Shown: positions 8,013-16,762 of the stretch, one piece after another
Numbering within the stretch: position 1 is the first letter of the stretch
Layout: every line of letters begins with the position of its first letter
Source of the DNA: an uncultured Gammaproteobacteria bacterium
GTDB lineage: Bacteria; Cyanobacteriota; Vampirovibrionia; LMEP-6097
Assembly (NCBI GenBank): GCA_964597205.1
Contig: CAZQXM010000003.1
Location: 1 to 36,998 of the forward strand
Reading direction: 5' to 3'
DNA: 36,998 bases
The notes under the pieces: generated by a model
The model's input: only the letters and a program-made list of their open reading frames with translations
What the model was told of the DNA's origin: nothing
Database searches by the model: none
Position numbers and translations under genes: made by a program

Positions 8013-9638
8013 CTATTTGGATTTACAGCTCTCTTGTTTAGCTAAATTAACCACTTTAATTAGCGCACTTGCCTTGTTATAAGTCTCTCTATGCTCGCTT
8101 TCTGCAATCGAGTCAGCGACTATGCCAGCGCCAGCTTGAACGTGGACGCGATGCGGCTCCACCACTAAAGTACGAATCATAATGGCGGTATCCACCCTGC
8201 CATCCAAAGAAAAATAGCCTATGGCTCCACCATATGACCTACGTGGCTCAGATTCTAGCTCGGTAATAATGTCTATAGCTTCAAGCTTAGGAGCTCCACT
8301 AAGAGTACCAGCTGGAAAGCATGCTTTGAGTAAATCTATGCCTAACCTAGCATTGCTTTTTAGGTCTAAGCTTGATTTTAACTTAGCGATAACCGAACTT
8401 ACTATATGCATCACATGAGAATACTTTTCTATAATCATCTGCTGCGCCACTGTTACTGTCCCCGATTGCGCTACTCTGCCTAAATCATTACGCGCAAGAT
8501 CAATCAACATTACATGTTCAGCACATTCTTTCTCATCAGCAAGCAGGGTTTTAGCGTTATGCTCATCCTCTTCAGCAGTTTTACCGCGCGGATAAGTGCC
8601 CGCTATAGGTCTTATTTCTGCTTGATATTCGGAGCCTATCTGAAAAGCCTCATCTGCGTTGCTATGCTCGTGGAGAGTAGATTTAACTAACATCTCAGGC
8701 GACGAACCAACTAAAGCATAATTAGCATTAGCAAAATCACTAACGTTATAGATAAATAAATAGGGTGAAGGATTAACAACTCTAAGCAATCTATAAACCA
8801 ACAATGGGTCTAAAGTAACGTCAGCACTAAGTTTACGCGACAAGACTACTTGAAAAACATCGCCATCTAAAATATGCTGCTTAGCTTTAGCAACCATAGT
8901 ATAGAACTGCTCCTCGCTAGTATTAGACTTGAATACAACGGCTTCTGGACTCTTAAGCAAGTCAGCTAAAGTGACTTTGGTATCGCAACTGAGTGTGCTT
9001 AAAGCTTTAGCCTGCTCTACTAATGATTTCAGCTCAGTTAATGCCGCTTGATTAGAGCCTATCCGAAAAGTCCCATCTGCGTTGTTATGCTCGCCCTCAC
9101 AATGCTCATTTACGTCTAGTAAACTCCGCTTGCTCGGGCTCGCATGCCTAGCATCTGGACGCTTTTCGGATAGGCTCTTAGTATCATTAGCAGTGAAAGA
9201 ATTGGCAATTAAATATATCTTTCTAAGCACTCTATCGAAAACTACCATAGTGCCAACTAGCTGCATGTACATATGGGGACTCTTATCGGCAGCACAACGC
9301 AGCTTGGGTTCGATATCAGCCACTGATTCAAAAGTAAAAAAGCCTACATAACCTTTATGAAAAAATGGCAGCTCATTGACAGCTGCCATAGCTTCAATAC
9401 GCTTAGCCAATTCATCATAGGAAGCAGTCTTGACTATCTCTAAAGGTCTAAAACCAACAAAAGTATAACGAGCAAATTTCTCCGAGCCTTCTACTGACTC
9501 AAACATAAAGGCATCAGCAGAATGCTTATGCAATTCAGCATAAATAGCAACCGGATCTAAATCAGCCATTTCTAATTCTAAGTAACTAGAAAGAATCTGA
9601 GTCATATTAACTGCGGGCAGCCTCTTTAGGACTTTCAT
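8013..9638 (-). CDS. trpE: chorismate-binding enzyme, anthranilate (or aminodeoxychorismate) synthase component I family
   Basis: 541-aa ORF. Motifs VLSRK, SPYLF, GSSPE, IRPIAGTYPRG, LLADEKECAEHVMLIDLARNDLGRV, GTLSGAPK, RRSYGGAIGYF. A more likely start is the ATG at 9605 (MTQILSS..., 530 aa), directly after the secA stop. No trpG is adjacent, so TrpE versus PabB is unresolved. Confidence 0.8.
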   Translation of the reverse strand: MKVLKRLPAVNMTQILSSYLELEMADLDPVAIYAELHKHSADAFMFESVEGSEKFARYTFVGFRPLEIVKTASYDELAKRIEAMAAVNELPFFHKGYVGFFTFESVADIEPKLRCAADKSPHMYMQLVGTMVVFDRVLRKIYLIANSFTANDTKSLSEKRPDARHASPSKRSLLDVNEHCEGEHNNADGTFRIGSNQAALTELKSLVEQAKALSTLSCDTKVTLADLLKSPEAVVFKSNTSEEQFYTMVAKAKQHILDGDVFQVVLSRKLSADVTLDPLLVYRLLRVVNPSPYLFIYNVSDFANANYALVGSSPEMLVKSTLHEHSNADEAFQIGSEYQAEIRPIAGTYPRGKTAEEDEHNAKTLLADEKECAEHVMLIDLARNDLGRVAQSGTVTVAQQMIIEKYSHVMHIVSSVIAKLKSSLDLKSNARLGIDLLKACFPAGTLSGAPKLEAIDIITELESEPRRSYGGAIGYFSLDGRVDTAIMIRTLVVEPHRVHVQAGAGIVADSIAESEHRETYNKASALIKVVNLAKQESCKSK

Positions 9639-12525
9639 TAACTATCTGAGCATGTGAGAACAAGACCACAGTATCTTTGCGCACAGCTAAGAGCAGCTCA
9701 TCAAACATAGCAAAGGCTTCTTTCTTATATTCAATAAGCGGATCTTTCTGTCCATAACTCTGTAAATGAATACCATCTTTAAGTGAGTCCATCGCATGTA
9801 TATGCTCAATCCATTTAGAATCGATGATATGTAGCATAATTTGGCGCTCAGCTTCTCTAAGTATCTTAGCGCCTACTTGTTCTTCTTTAGCAGCTAGCAT
9901 CTGCATTACAGCAGCTTTAATACGAGCAATAAACTCTTCATGGTTCTGATAAATATCAGCGAACTCACTAGAATCAGTAGGTTTAACTAAACCCTTAAGC
10001 TCATCACCGAAATCTGCTTTAAGAGTTTCAAATACTTTAGTAACTGGACTAATAGCCTCATCCTCAGTATTAAACCAACTCTCAATATGATCATTAGAAC
10101 CCATATGAGTGAATACTATCTCTTCAACCCTCTCATTGAACATCCTAACTATATTGTCATGGATATCTGCACCCTCAAGTATCATACGGCGTTCACGATA
10201 TATAACTTCACGCTGAGTATTAATGACATCGTCGTATTGCAGAACATGTTTACGAATATCGAAATGATGAGCCTCAACTTTCTTCTGGGCATTATTAATC
10301 GCACCACTAACCATAGTTGCTTCTATAGGCAGATCTTCATCAGCTTTAAGCATATTCATTACAGCGATAATCTTGTCACCACCGAAAATACGCATCAAAT
10401 TATCTTCTAATGATAAATAGAATCTAGCCGAACCCGGGTCTCCTTGACGAGCACAACGCCCGCGCAACTGATTGTCTACACGTCTACTTTCATGACGCTC
10501 AGTACCAATTACATGCAGACCACCATGTGCTTGTATAGTTTTCTGAGCTTCTAAATTGACTTTATCAAAACCACTTTGCTTAGGATCATTGGCCTGAAAA
10601 CCGCCAAGCACAATATCAGTACCACGACCAGCCATGTTAGTAGCTATAGTTACCGCTGCTAGCTTACCAGCTTGTCTAATAATATGAGCTTCTTTCTCAT
10701 GGTGCTTAGCATTCAGCACATGATAATCAAGACCACTACGGATCTTCTCAAGCACCATCAACACCGAAAGAAAACTCTCTACAGCGAACTTCAGCTCTTC
10801 ATCTTTAAGCCACTCAACTTTAAAATCAAAAACAATCTGATTCTCATCATCAACCTCGATGCTACTAGAATCACAGAAGAGTTCTAATCCATCAGCAAGC
10901 TTAAGATTACCTGGTCTATCAAGCTTAGGTATTAAAGGCGCCAGAGCATCTTTAAGTTTATTTTTCTCCGCTTGTTTTAATAAGCGCTTGATTCTGAATT
11001 CTAAAACCTGCATAGCATAAGCTGGCTTTGATAATAAAGAAGCGAGATATTCTGATTTCTCTATGCTCGTTGTACCGACTAAAACCGGTCTACCAACCCA
11101 ATTAGCTCTCACTATATCTTCAACAACAGCGAAGAATTTAGAGCGCTCGTTCTTATAAACAATATCATTGAGATTTTTGCGCACTGAATCTCTATTAGTA
11201 GGAACCACCAAAACCGAAAGATTATAAATCTTGCCAAACTCTTCAGCCTCAGTAGCAGCCGTACCCGTCATACCAGAGAGTTTAGGATAAAGTCTAAAAA
11301 GATTCTGGAAAGTGATACTTGCCATAGTAAGAGTTTCTTCTTGAATATTTACTCCTTCTTTGGCTTCAACAGCTTGATGTAAACCATCACCCCAACGGCG
11401 ACCTTCCATTAACCTGCCGGTAAATTCATCAACTATTACGACTTCTTTACGCTTATGCTCAACACTATCTTTAATAATGTAGTCAACGTCTTTAACGAAA
11501 AGTTCTTTGGCTTTGATAGCTTGAATTAAATGGTGAGCCAGATTAGTATTAGGATCCCAAAGTTCCTTGACATTAAGCATCTGCTCAGCCCTGCGAATAC
11601 CAGAGTCGGTAAGGATTACATTCTTAGCTTTTTCATCAACGAAATAATCACAATTAGAATCAGTTTCGCTAAGACCGCGCTTAAGTTCGCGTGATAACTT
11701 AGCCATAGACTTATAAATATTCTGACGACTAACATCAGGCATACCACTAATAATCAATGGTGTACGCGCCTCATCGATAAGAATACTATCGACTTCATCG
11801 ACTATAGCCATATAATAAGGACGCTGAACACAGGCATTCAAGCGGTTTTCCATATTGTCACGCAAATAATCGAAACCTAATTCGTTATTAGTACAATAAC
11901 AAATATCAGCAGCGTAAGACTCTCTACGCTCAGCTTGACTGGCTGAATGTACAACCAAACCAACACTAAGTCCAAGAAACTTATAAATCTTACCCATCCA
12001 CTCAGAGTCGCGGCGAGCGAGGTAATCATTCACTGTAACTATATGCACGCCTCTACCCGTAAGAGCATTAAGATAGGCTGGCAAAGTACATACTAGAGTC
12101 TTACCCTCACCAGTCTGCATCTCAGCTATACCACCACGATGCAATTGCAAACCACCAATAAGCTGCACATCGAAATGACGCATATTAAGTACACGTTTAG
12201 CCGCTTCACGGCACACCGCAAAAGCCTCAGGCAAAATTTCTTCAAGCACTTCAGCTAAACGCTGATCACGGAGATTACGAACCTGACCTGGCATTCTAGC
12301 GACGTCATCAGCTATAAGTTTTTTGTCTTCAACTTTATCAAGCTCGGAATTTATATAATCACGAAAATATTGAGTTTTAGCCCTTAATTCATCATCACTC
12401 AGAACCTGAATAGATGGCTCAAGCGAACTGATATGCTCAGCGACAAGGCGATAATCACGTATAACTTTTTCGTTGACATTACCAGATAGGGATTTCTTGA
12501 GTTGAGTGACAAAGGCTGAAAGCAT
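9607..12525 (-). CDS. secA: preprotein translocase ATPase SecA (with a lineage-specific insertion in NBD2)
   Basis: 972 aa. MQTGEGKTLV (Walker A), VDEVDSILIDEARTPLIISG (DEAD/Walker B), TNMAGRGTDI, ERHESRRVDNQLRGRCARQGDPG. Confidence 0.95.
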   Translation of the reverse strand: MLSAFVTQLKKSLSGNVNEKVIRDYRLVAEHISSLEPSIQVLSDDELRAKTQYFRDYINSELDKVEDKKLIADDVARMPGQVRNLRDQRLAEVLEEILPEAFAVCREAAKRVLNMRHFDVQLIGGLQLHRGGIAEMQTGEGKTLVCTLPAYLNALTGRGVHIVTVNDYLARRDSEWMGKIYKFLGLSVGLVVHSASQAERRESYAADICYCTNNELGFDYLRDNMENRLNACVQRPYYMAIVDEVDSILIDEARTPLIISGMPDVSRQNIYKSMAKLSRELKRGLSETDSNCDYFVDEKAKNVILTDSGIRRAEQMLNVKELWDPNTNLAHHLIQAIKAKELFVKDVDYIIKDSVEHKRKEVVIVDEFTGRLMEGRRWGDGLHQAVEAKEGVNIQEETLTMASITFQNLFRLYPKLSGMTGTAATEAEEFGKIYNLSVLVVPTNRDSVRKNLNDIVYKNERSKFFAVVEDIVRANWVGRPVLVGTTSIEKSEYLASLLSKPAYAMQVLEFRIKRLLKQAEKNKLKDALAPLIPKLDRPGNLKLADGLELFCDSSSIEVDDENQIVFDFKVEWLKDEELKFAVESFLSVLMVLEKIRSGLDYHVLNAKHHEKEAHIIRQAGKLAAVTIATNMAGRGTDIVLGGFQANDPKQSGFDKVNLEAQKTIQAHGGLHVIGTERHESRRVDNQLRGRCARQGDPGSARFYLSLEDNLMRIFGGDKIIAVMNMLKADEDLPIEATMVSGAINNAQKKVEAHHFDIRKHVLQYDDVINTQREVIYRERRMILEGADIHDNIVRMFNERVEEIVFTHMGSNDHIESWFNTEDEAISPVTKVFETLKADFGDELKGLVKPTDSSEFADIYQNHEEFIARIKAAVMQMLAAKEEQVGAKILREAERQIMLHIIDSKWIEHIHAMDSLKDGIHLQSYGQKDPLIEYKKEAFAMFDELLLAVRKDTVVLFSHAQIVNESPKEAARS

Positions 12526-12575
12526 CAGAGACGATTATAACTGATAAAAGCCTCTATTTAGCGCTAAAACCCTGA

Positions 12576-13406
12576 TTAATAGTCGTAATCTTTAAGCATT
12601 ACTCTTAACTTCTGCAAGGATTTCATATGTAATTGACTGACCCTAGATTCAGAGATGTCAAGCACCGCCCCAATCTCTTTAAATGTTAATTTTTGATAAT
12701 GGTATAAAGCCATAATCAAACGCTCACGCTTAGGCAGACGGTCTAGACATTGAGCCAGCTTGTCTTTAAGAAAAGCATTATCAACCATCTCATCTTGCGA
12801 AGCAGCGCCTGAAGGAACCTTGTCCACCAACGCAGCACCATCATCAAGAGATTTACCATCTTCCGGAATATCAAGCGAGAATATCATCGCTGCAGCTTCT
12901 TGGCGTATACCTTGAAGTTCAGCAGCATCAATATTCAAACTGTTCATCACTTCTTCTTCAGTAGGAGCTCTACCTAGTTTATGCTCAAGATCAGCAATAG
13001 CCTCATTCATTTTTTTGACACGCTGACGGCGACTACGAGAAAGAAAATCTCTAGAACGCAAGAAGTCAAGAATCTCACCACGAATCCTAGTTACAGCAAA
13101 AGTCTCGAATGAACATTTCTGCTGAGGATCAAATCTATCAATGGCTTCTATAAGACCGATAGTGCCATAACCTATTAAATCCTCTCTATCAAAATCAGCA
13201 GTCTCAATATAAGGGAAACGACCCACTACCCAATTAACCAAATAAGCATATTTTCTGATTAACTGATCACGCAATTGCTGGGGCTTATTCTTAGTGCTGT
13301 AAGTTGCCCAAAGTCTCTGGTTCTCTTCTTTCACTTGCAGCTTATTATTCTGTTGTTCTACAGACATAAGCACAGATCTAGACTTGGTTCTATTATCCCC
13401 TTTCAT
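12576..13406 (-). CDS. RNA polymerase sigma factor, sigma-70 family group 3 (FliA/WhiG/SigF-like)
   Basis: 276 aa. Region 2 is DLIGYGTIGLIEAIDRFDPQQKCSFETFAVTRIRGEILDFLR. Region 4 HTH is LTFKEIGAVLDISESRVSQLHMKSLQKLR. No region 1.1 or long spacer, which fits group 3. The start is coupled (ATGA) to the upstream ORF. Confidence 0.85.
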   Translation of the reverse strand: MKGDNRTKSRSVLMSVEQQNNKLQVKEENQRLWATYSTKNKPQQLRDQLIRKYAYLVNWVVGRFPYIETADFDREDLIGYGTIGLIEAIDRFDPQQKCSFETFAVTRIRGEILDFLRSRDFLSRSRRQRVKKMNEAIADLEHKLGRAPTEEEVMNSLNIDAAELQGIRQEAAAMIFSLDIPEDGKSLDDGAALVDKVPSGAASQDEMVDNAFLKDKLAQCLDRLPKRERLIMALYHYQKLTFKEIGAVLDISESRVSQLHMKSLQKLRVMLKDYDY

Positions 13407-13765
13407 GTAATCATGGCCTCCAATTTATTCAAAGCTTCACGCTTAGTTTGTAATTGTTTTTTTAGAGACTTTCTGCGTCTTACGCGCTCTTTTTGTAAAA
13501 TATGTAATTGATTAGCCTGCAACCTACCAGAGAAAACTCTGCCAGCACAAAAGCCCATGATACCGACGATAATTGAATACTGAAGAGCTTCACTGAAAGT
13601 ATCAACAAGAACTAACTGATAAACATCAACTGTAATTAATTTGAAAATACTATAACTAAAGAAAAATCCTACATAACCAAGCAAACCTAGCTTAGGTGCT
13701 AAGTTGTTATAAACTTTAAATTCGTCGAGAATACATCTCTTAAGTTTTTCGGTAGCTGGATTCAT
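13403..13765 (-). CDS. hypothetical two-TM membrane protein with a basic coiled C-terminus, translationally coupled to the sigma factor gene
   Basis: 120-aa ORF with an RBS-like GAGGAA upstream. Two hydrophobic segments (LGLLGYVGFFFSYSIF; IIVGIMGFCAG). Its stop overlaps the sigma factor ATG (ATGA at 13403-13406). Confidence 0.5.
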   Translation of the reverse strand: MNPATEKLKRCILDEFKVYNNLAPKLGLLGYVGFFFSYSIFKLITVDVYQLVLVDTFSEALQYSIIVGIMGFCAGRVFSGRLQANQLHILQKERVRRRKSLKKQLQTKREALNKLEAMIT

Positions 13766-13960
13766 CAGTTAGGACATTTCCTCTAGTCCAATATTCCAGC
13801 CAGGGAGCCTTAAATACTCCACCCTAAGGGCGTAATAATGAGTGAAATAGCTCAAAAACTAAGTCATGAGTACTAATACTCTAGGACCATAAATAAGAAG
13901 AGCTAGGGTAGATACCTAGGAAAGGCGTGAAGCCTTACATTCTGCACTCGCGTTGAAAGC

Positions 13961-13990
13961 GCAATAACGTGACGTAAGTCACGTTATTGC
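13961..13990. terminator. perfect 13-bp-stem palindrome just downstream of the mlaE-like gene (possible terminator or protein-binding site)
   Basis: GCAATAACGTGAC-GTAA-GTCACGTTATTGC read directly from the sequence, 4 nt past the mlaE stop. There is no clear U-tract on either strand. Confidence 0.35.
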
Positions 13991-13994
13991 TATG

Positions 13995-14771
13995 CTACGT
14001 ATATAAAATCGACGTCAAAATCCCATCCAAAACAATAATGGCAACCATAATCATCGCCGTAGCTTGAGTAGTAGCTATGCCTACTTCCCTAGCTCCACCA
14101 TGACAATCAAGCCCGTAACTAACACTGGTTAAAATCGCGTAGAGAGTAAAAATTTCCGTTTTCAATAGAGGATAAAAATACTCCTTAAGCGATAGCTCAC
14201 GCCAAGCTTGTTCAAGAAACTGCACCGGTTCAAGACCCACTGAAGCCCAAGCTACAAAAAGACCAGAAGCTAAAGATGTAATCAGAGCAATCGCAACCAA
14301 AAGCGGACCCAATAAAAATGTCGCTAAAAGTTTAGGCGAAAGCAAATAATAGATAGGATCGACTTTCATTACTCTAAGCACGTCCACTTGCTCTGTAACT
14401 TTCATTGATGCGATTTCAGCAGTGATAGCTGTGCCACAACGAGCAGCAATAGCAAAAGCTGTAAACAAAGGTAATATCTCTCTAAGATCAGCAGCAGATA
14501 TAAGAGCACCAATAAGTTCTCTACCACCTCTACTGTTAAGCTCAACTGAGATATTAACAGTAAGAATCATACTGGCTAAAGCGGTAAGAGCTATTACCAT
14601 CGGCAGACACTCATAACCAATAAAGACTAGCTGCTTGCGTAATTGTCCTAAATCAATCTTGCCTTTAAAAATATAAGCGAGAGCTGGAATAAGTTTCGAT
14701 ACAGCAGCACCTTGCACAGCGTAAAACTGTCTTGCGGCGGCATCAAATTTAGCTAGTAAAGCAAAGCTCAT
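13995..14771 (-). CDS. mlaE: MlaE/TGD1-family ABC transporter permease (lipid asymmetry / lipid trafficking)
   Basis: 258 aa, multi-TM. QLVFIGYECLPMVIALTALASMILTV...ELIGALISAADLREILPLFTAFAIAARCGTAITAEIASMKVTEQVDVLRVMKVDPIYYLLSPKLLA matches the MlaE/YrbE/Ttg2B signature. No mlaF or mlaD is adjacent. Confidence 0.8.
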   Translation of the reverse strand: MSFALLAKFDAAARQFYAVQGAAVSKLIPALAYIFKGKIDLGQLRKQLVFIGYECLPMVIALTALASMILTVNISVELNSRGGRELIGALISAADLREILPLFTAFAIAARCGTAITAEIASMKVTEQVDVLRVMKVDPIYYLLSPKLLATFLLGPLLVAIALITSLASGLFVAWASVGLEPVQFLEQAWRELSLKEYFYPLLKTEIFTLYAILTSVSYGLDCHGGAREVGIATTQATAMIMVAIIVLDGILTSILYT

Positions 14772-14800
14772 TAATAATATTGTAAACTCTATTTAAAGCT

Positions 14801-16762
14801 ATGCCGCAAGAGCTCTATAATCCAACTCAAGATTTCAGCTCAAAAGCTAACCTAGACTCCAAGAGTTATCAAAACTTATTAGAATCTTACAATAATGATC
14901 CTGATGCTTTCTGGGCTAAATTAGCCAGAACTGAGCTAGATTGGCAGCAGGATTTTAAGCAAATATTAGATAGTAGTGAAGCGCCTTATTATAAATGGTT
15001 CTGCGATGGTAAGACTAATATCTCTTATAACTGTCTTGATAAACAAATCAAGGAAGGATTAGCCGATAAAACTGCCATTATTTTTGAAGGTGAGCCCGGT
15101 GATCATAAAAGCTATAGCTATCAAAAACTACTAATCGAAGTCTGCAAAACCGCAAACGCATTAAAAAGCCTAGGAATTAGCAAAGGCGATGTAGTTGCTA
15201 TTTATATGCCACTATGCCCTGAAGCTATTATTGCTATGCAAGCTTGCGCGCGTATCGGAGCTATTCATAGTGTAGTCTTCGCTGGTTTCTCCGCTCATGC
15301 TCTTAAAGATAGATTAATCGATGGTGACGCCAAGCTTCTAATAACTGCTGATGCTCTATTTCGCAAAGGCAATATTATCAATCTACTCGAAATAGTCAAA
15401 GAAGCAACGGAGGATATTAAATTAAAAAGCATAATTTATTTTGAAAGATTAGCTGATGCTGAATCACGAATAGATATTCCAGCTGCTTATAAAACTAATG
15501 AAGTCAAAGCATTAATTCAAGAAAATACAAACAAACTCAAAGCCAATCATAGACTGGAAAGATGGTCTGATTTAATATCATCATCAGCTGAAGATTGCCA
15601 AGCAATCGAAGCTTGCAAGGCTGAAGCTTTAGATGCTAACGATACTAGTTTTATTCTATATACTAGCGGTAGCACCGGTAAACCTAAAGGCATAGAACAC
15701 AGAGTAGCTGGTTATATACTCTGGGCGAAACTCACCATGAAATGGGTTTTCGATATTAAAGCCAATGATATTTATTGGTGCACTGCTGATATTGGTTGGA
15801 TTACCGGACATAGCTATGTAGCATATGGACCGCTTGCCGCTGGTGCCACTCAGTTTATTTACGAAGGATCACCAGCATACCCAGATAAAAATAGATTCTG
15901 GCAGCTAATCGATAAATATCAAATTAGTATTTTTTATACCGCTCCAACAGCGATCAGAACATTTATCGAATGGGGAGAGAAGTACATTAATAAATACTCC
16001 CTAGAAAGCTTACGCTTACTGGGTTCTGTCGGTGAGCCAATCAATCCAGAAGTGTGGCGCTGGTACTACGATATCATTGGCAAAAAACGCTGCCCAATAG
16101 TTGATACTTGGTGGCAAACAGAAACTGGTGGACTAATGATCACCACTCTACCTGGCGTGCAGGAGATGCGTGCTGGTAAAGCCGGCAGGGCACTGCCAGG
16201 GATTAGTGCAGAAGTGAATGAAGATGGTTTACTACTAATAACTAAACCTTGGCCTTCTATGCTTAAAGGCATATACAAAAATCCTCAGCGATATAAACTT
16301 GGCTACTGGTCAAGAGTAGAAAGTGCCTATACTGCTGGTGACGCCGCTATTATTGATGATCAAGGTTATATACAACTAGCTGGTCGCATTGATGATGTGA
16401 TAAATGTTTCAGGGCATAGATTAGGCACAGCTGAGATAGAATCCGCTCTAGTAACCAGTTCTAAAGTCGTTGAGGCAGCTGTTATCTCTGTGCCGCATGC
16501 TATTAAAGGTGAAGCGATCATAGCTTATGTAGTTGCTGCTAATAACAAGAGCCTAGAGCAAGAACTAAAAGAATTAGTCACTGAAGTGATCGGCAGCTTC
16601 GCTAGACCAGAGCGCATCATAATCTGTTCAGCTCTACCTAAAACCAGATCAGGAAAAATTATGCGCAGATTATTAAAAGACATAGCTCAAGGTAAAGAGC
16701 CTAGCGGGGATTTGAGCACGCTAGAGAACCCTGGATTAATTCAAGAGCTGCTGAAATCTTAG
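14801..16762 (+). CDS. acs: acetyl-CoA synthetase (AMP-forming)
   Basis: 653 aa. YTSGSTGKPKG (AMP-binding), WWQTETGG, LPKTRSGKIMRRLL, and the C-terminal GDLSTLENP typical of Acs. Confidence 0.95.
   Translation: MPQELYNPTQDFSSKANLDSKSYQNLLESYNNDPDAFWAKLARTELDWQQDFKQILDSSEAPYYKWFCDGKTNISYNCLDKQIKEGLADKTAIIFEGEPGDHKSYSYQKLLIEVCKTANALKSLGISKGDVVAIYMPLCPEAIIAMQACARIGAIHSVVFAGFSAHALKDRLIDGDAKLLITADALFRKGNIINLLEIVKEATEDIKLKSIIYFERLADAESRIDIPAAYKTNEVKALIQENTNKLKANHRLERWSDLISSSAEDCQAIEACKAEALDANDTSFILYTSGSTGKPKGIEHRVAGYILWAKLTMKWVFDIKANDIYWCTADIGWITGHSYVAYGPLAAGATQFIYEGSPAYPDKNRFWQLIDKYQISIFYTAPTAIRTFIEWGEKYINKYSLESLRLLGSVGEPINPEVWRWYYDIIGKKRCPIVDTWWQTETGGLMITTLPGVQEMRAGKAGRALPGISAEVNEDGLLLITKPWPSMLKGIYKNPQRYKLGYWSRVESAYTAGDAAIIDDQGYIQLAGRIDDVINVSGHRLGTAEIESALVTSSKVVEAAVISVPHAIKGEAIIAYVVAANNKSLEQELKELVTEVIGSFARPERIIICSALPKTRSGKIMRRLLKDIAQGKEPSGDLSTLENPGLIQELLKS

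Noticed and set aside
9606-9638. 32-nt same-strand overlap between secA and the trpE-like gene
   Set aside because: It is probably an artefact of taking the longest ORF. The ATG at 9605 (MTQILSS...) starts immediately after the secA stop and keeps all conserved TrpE regions, so the overlap is not treated as a real feature.
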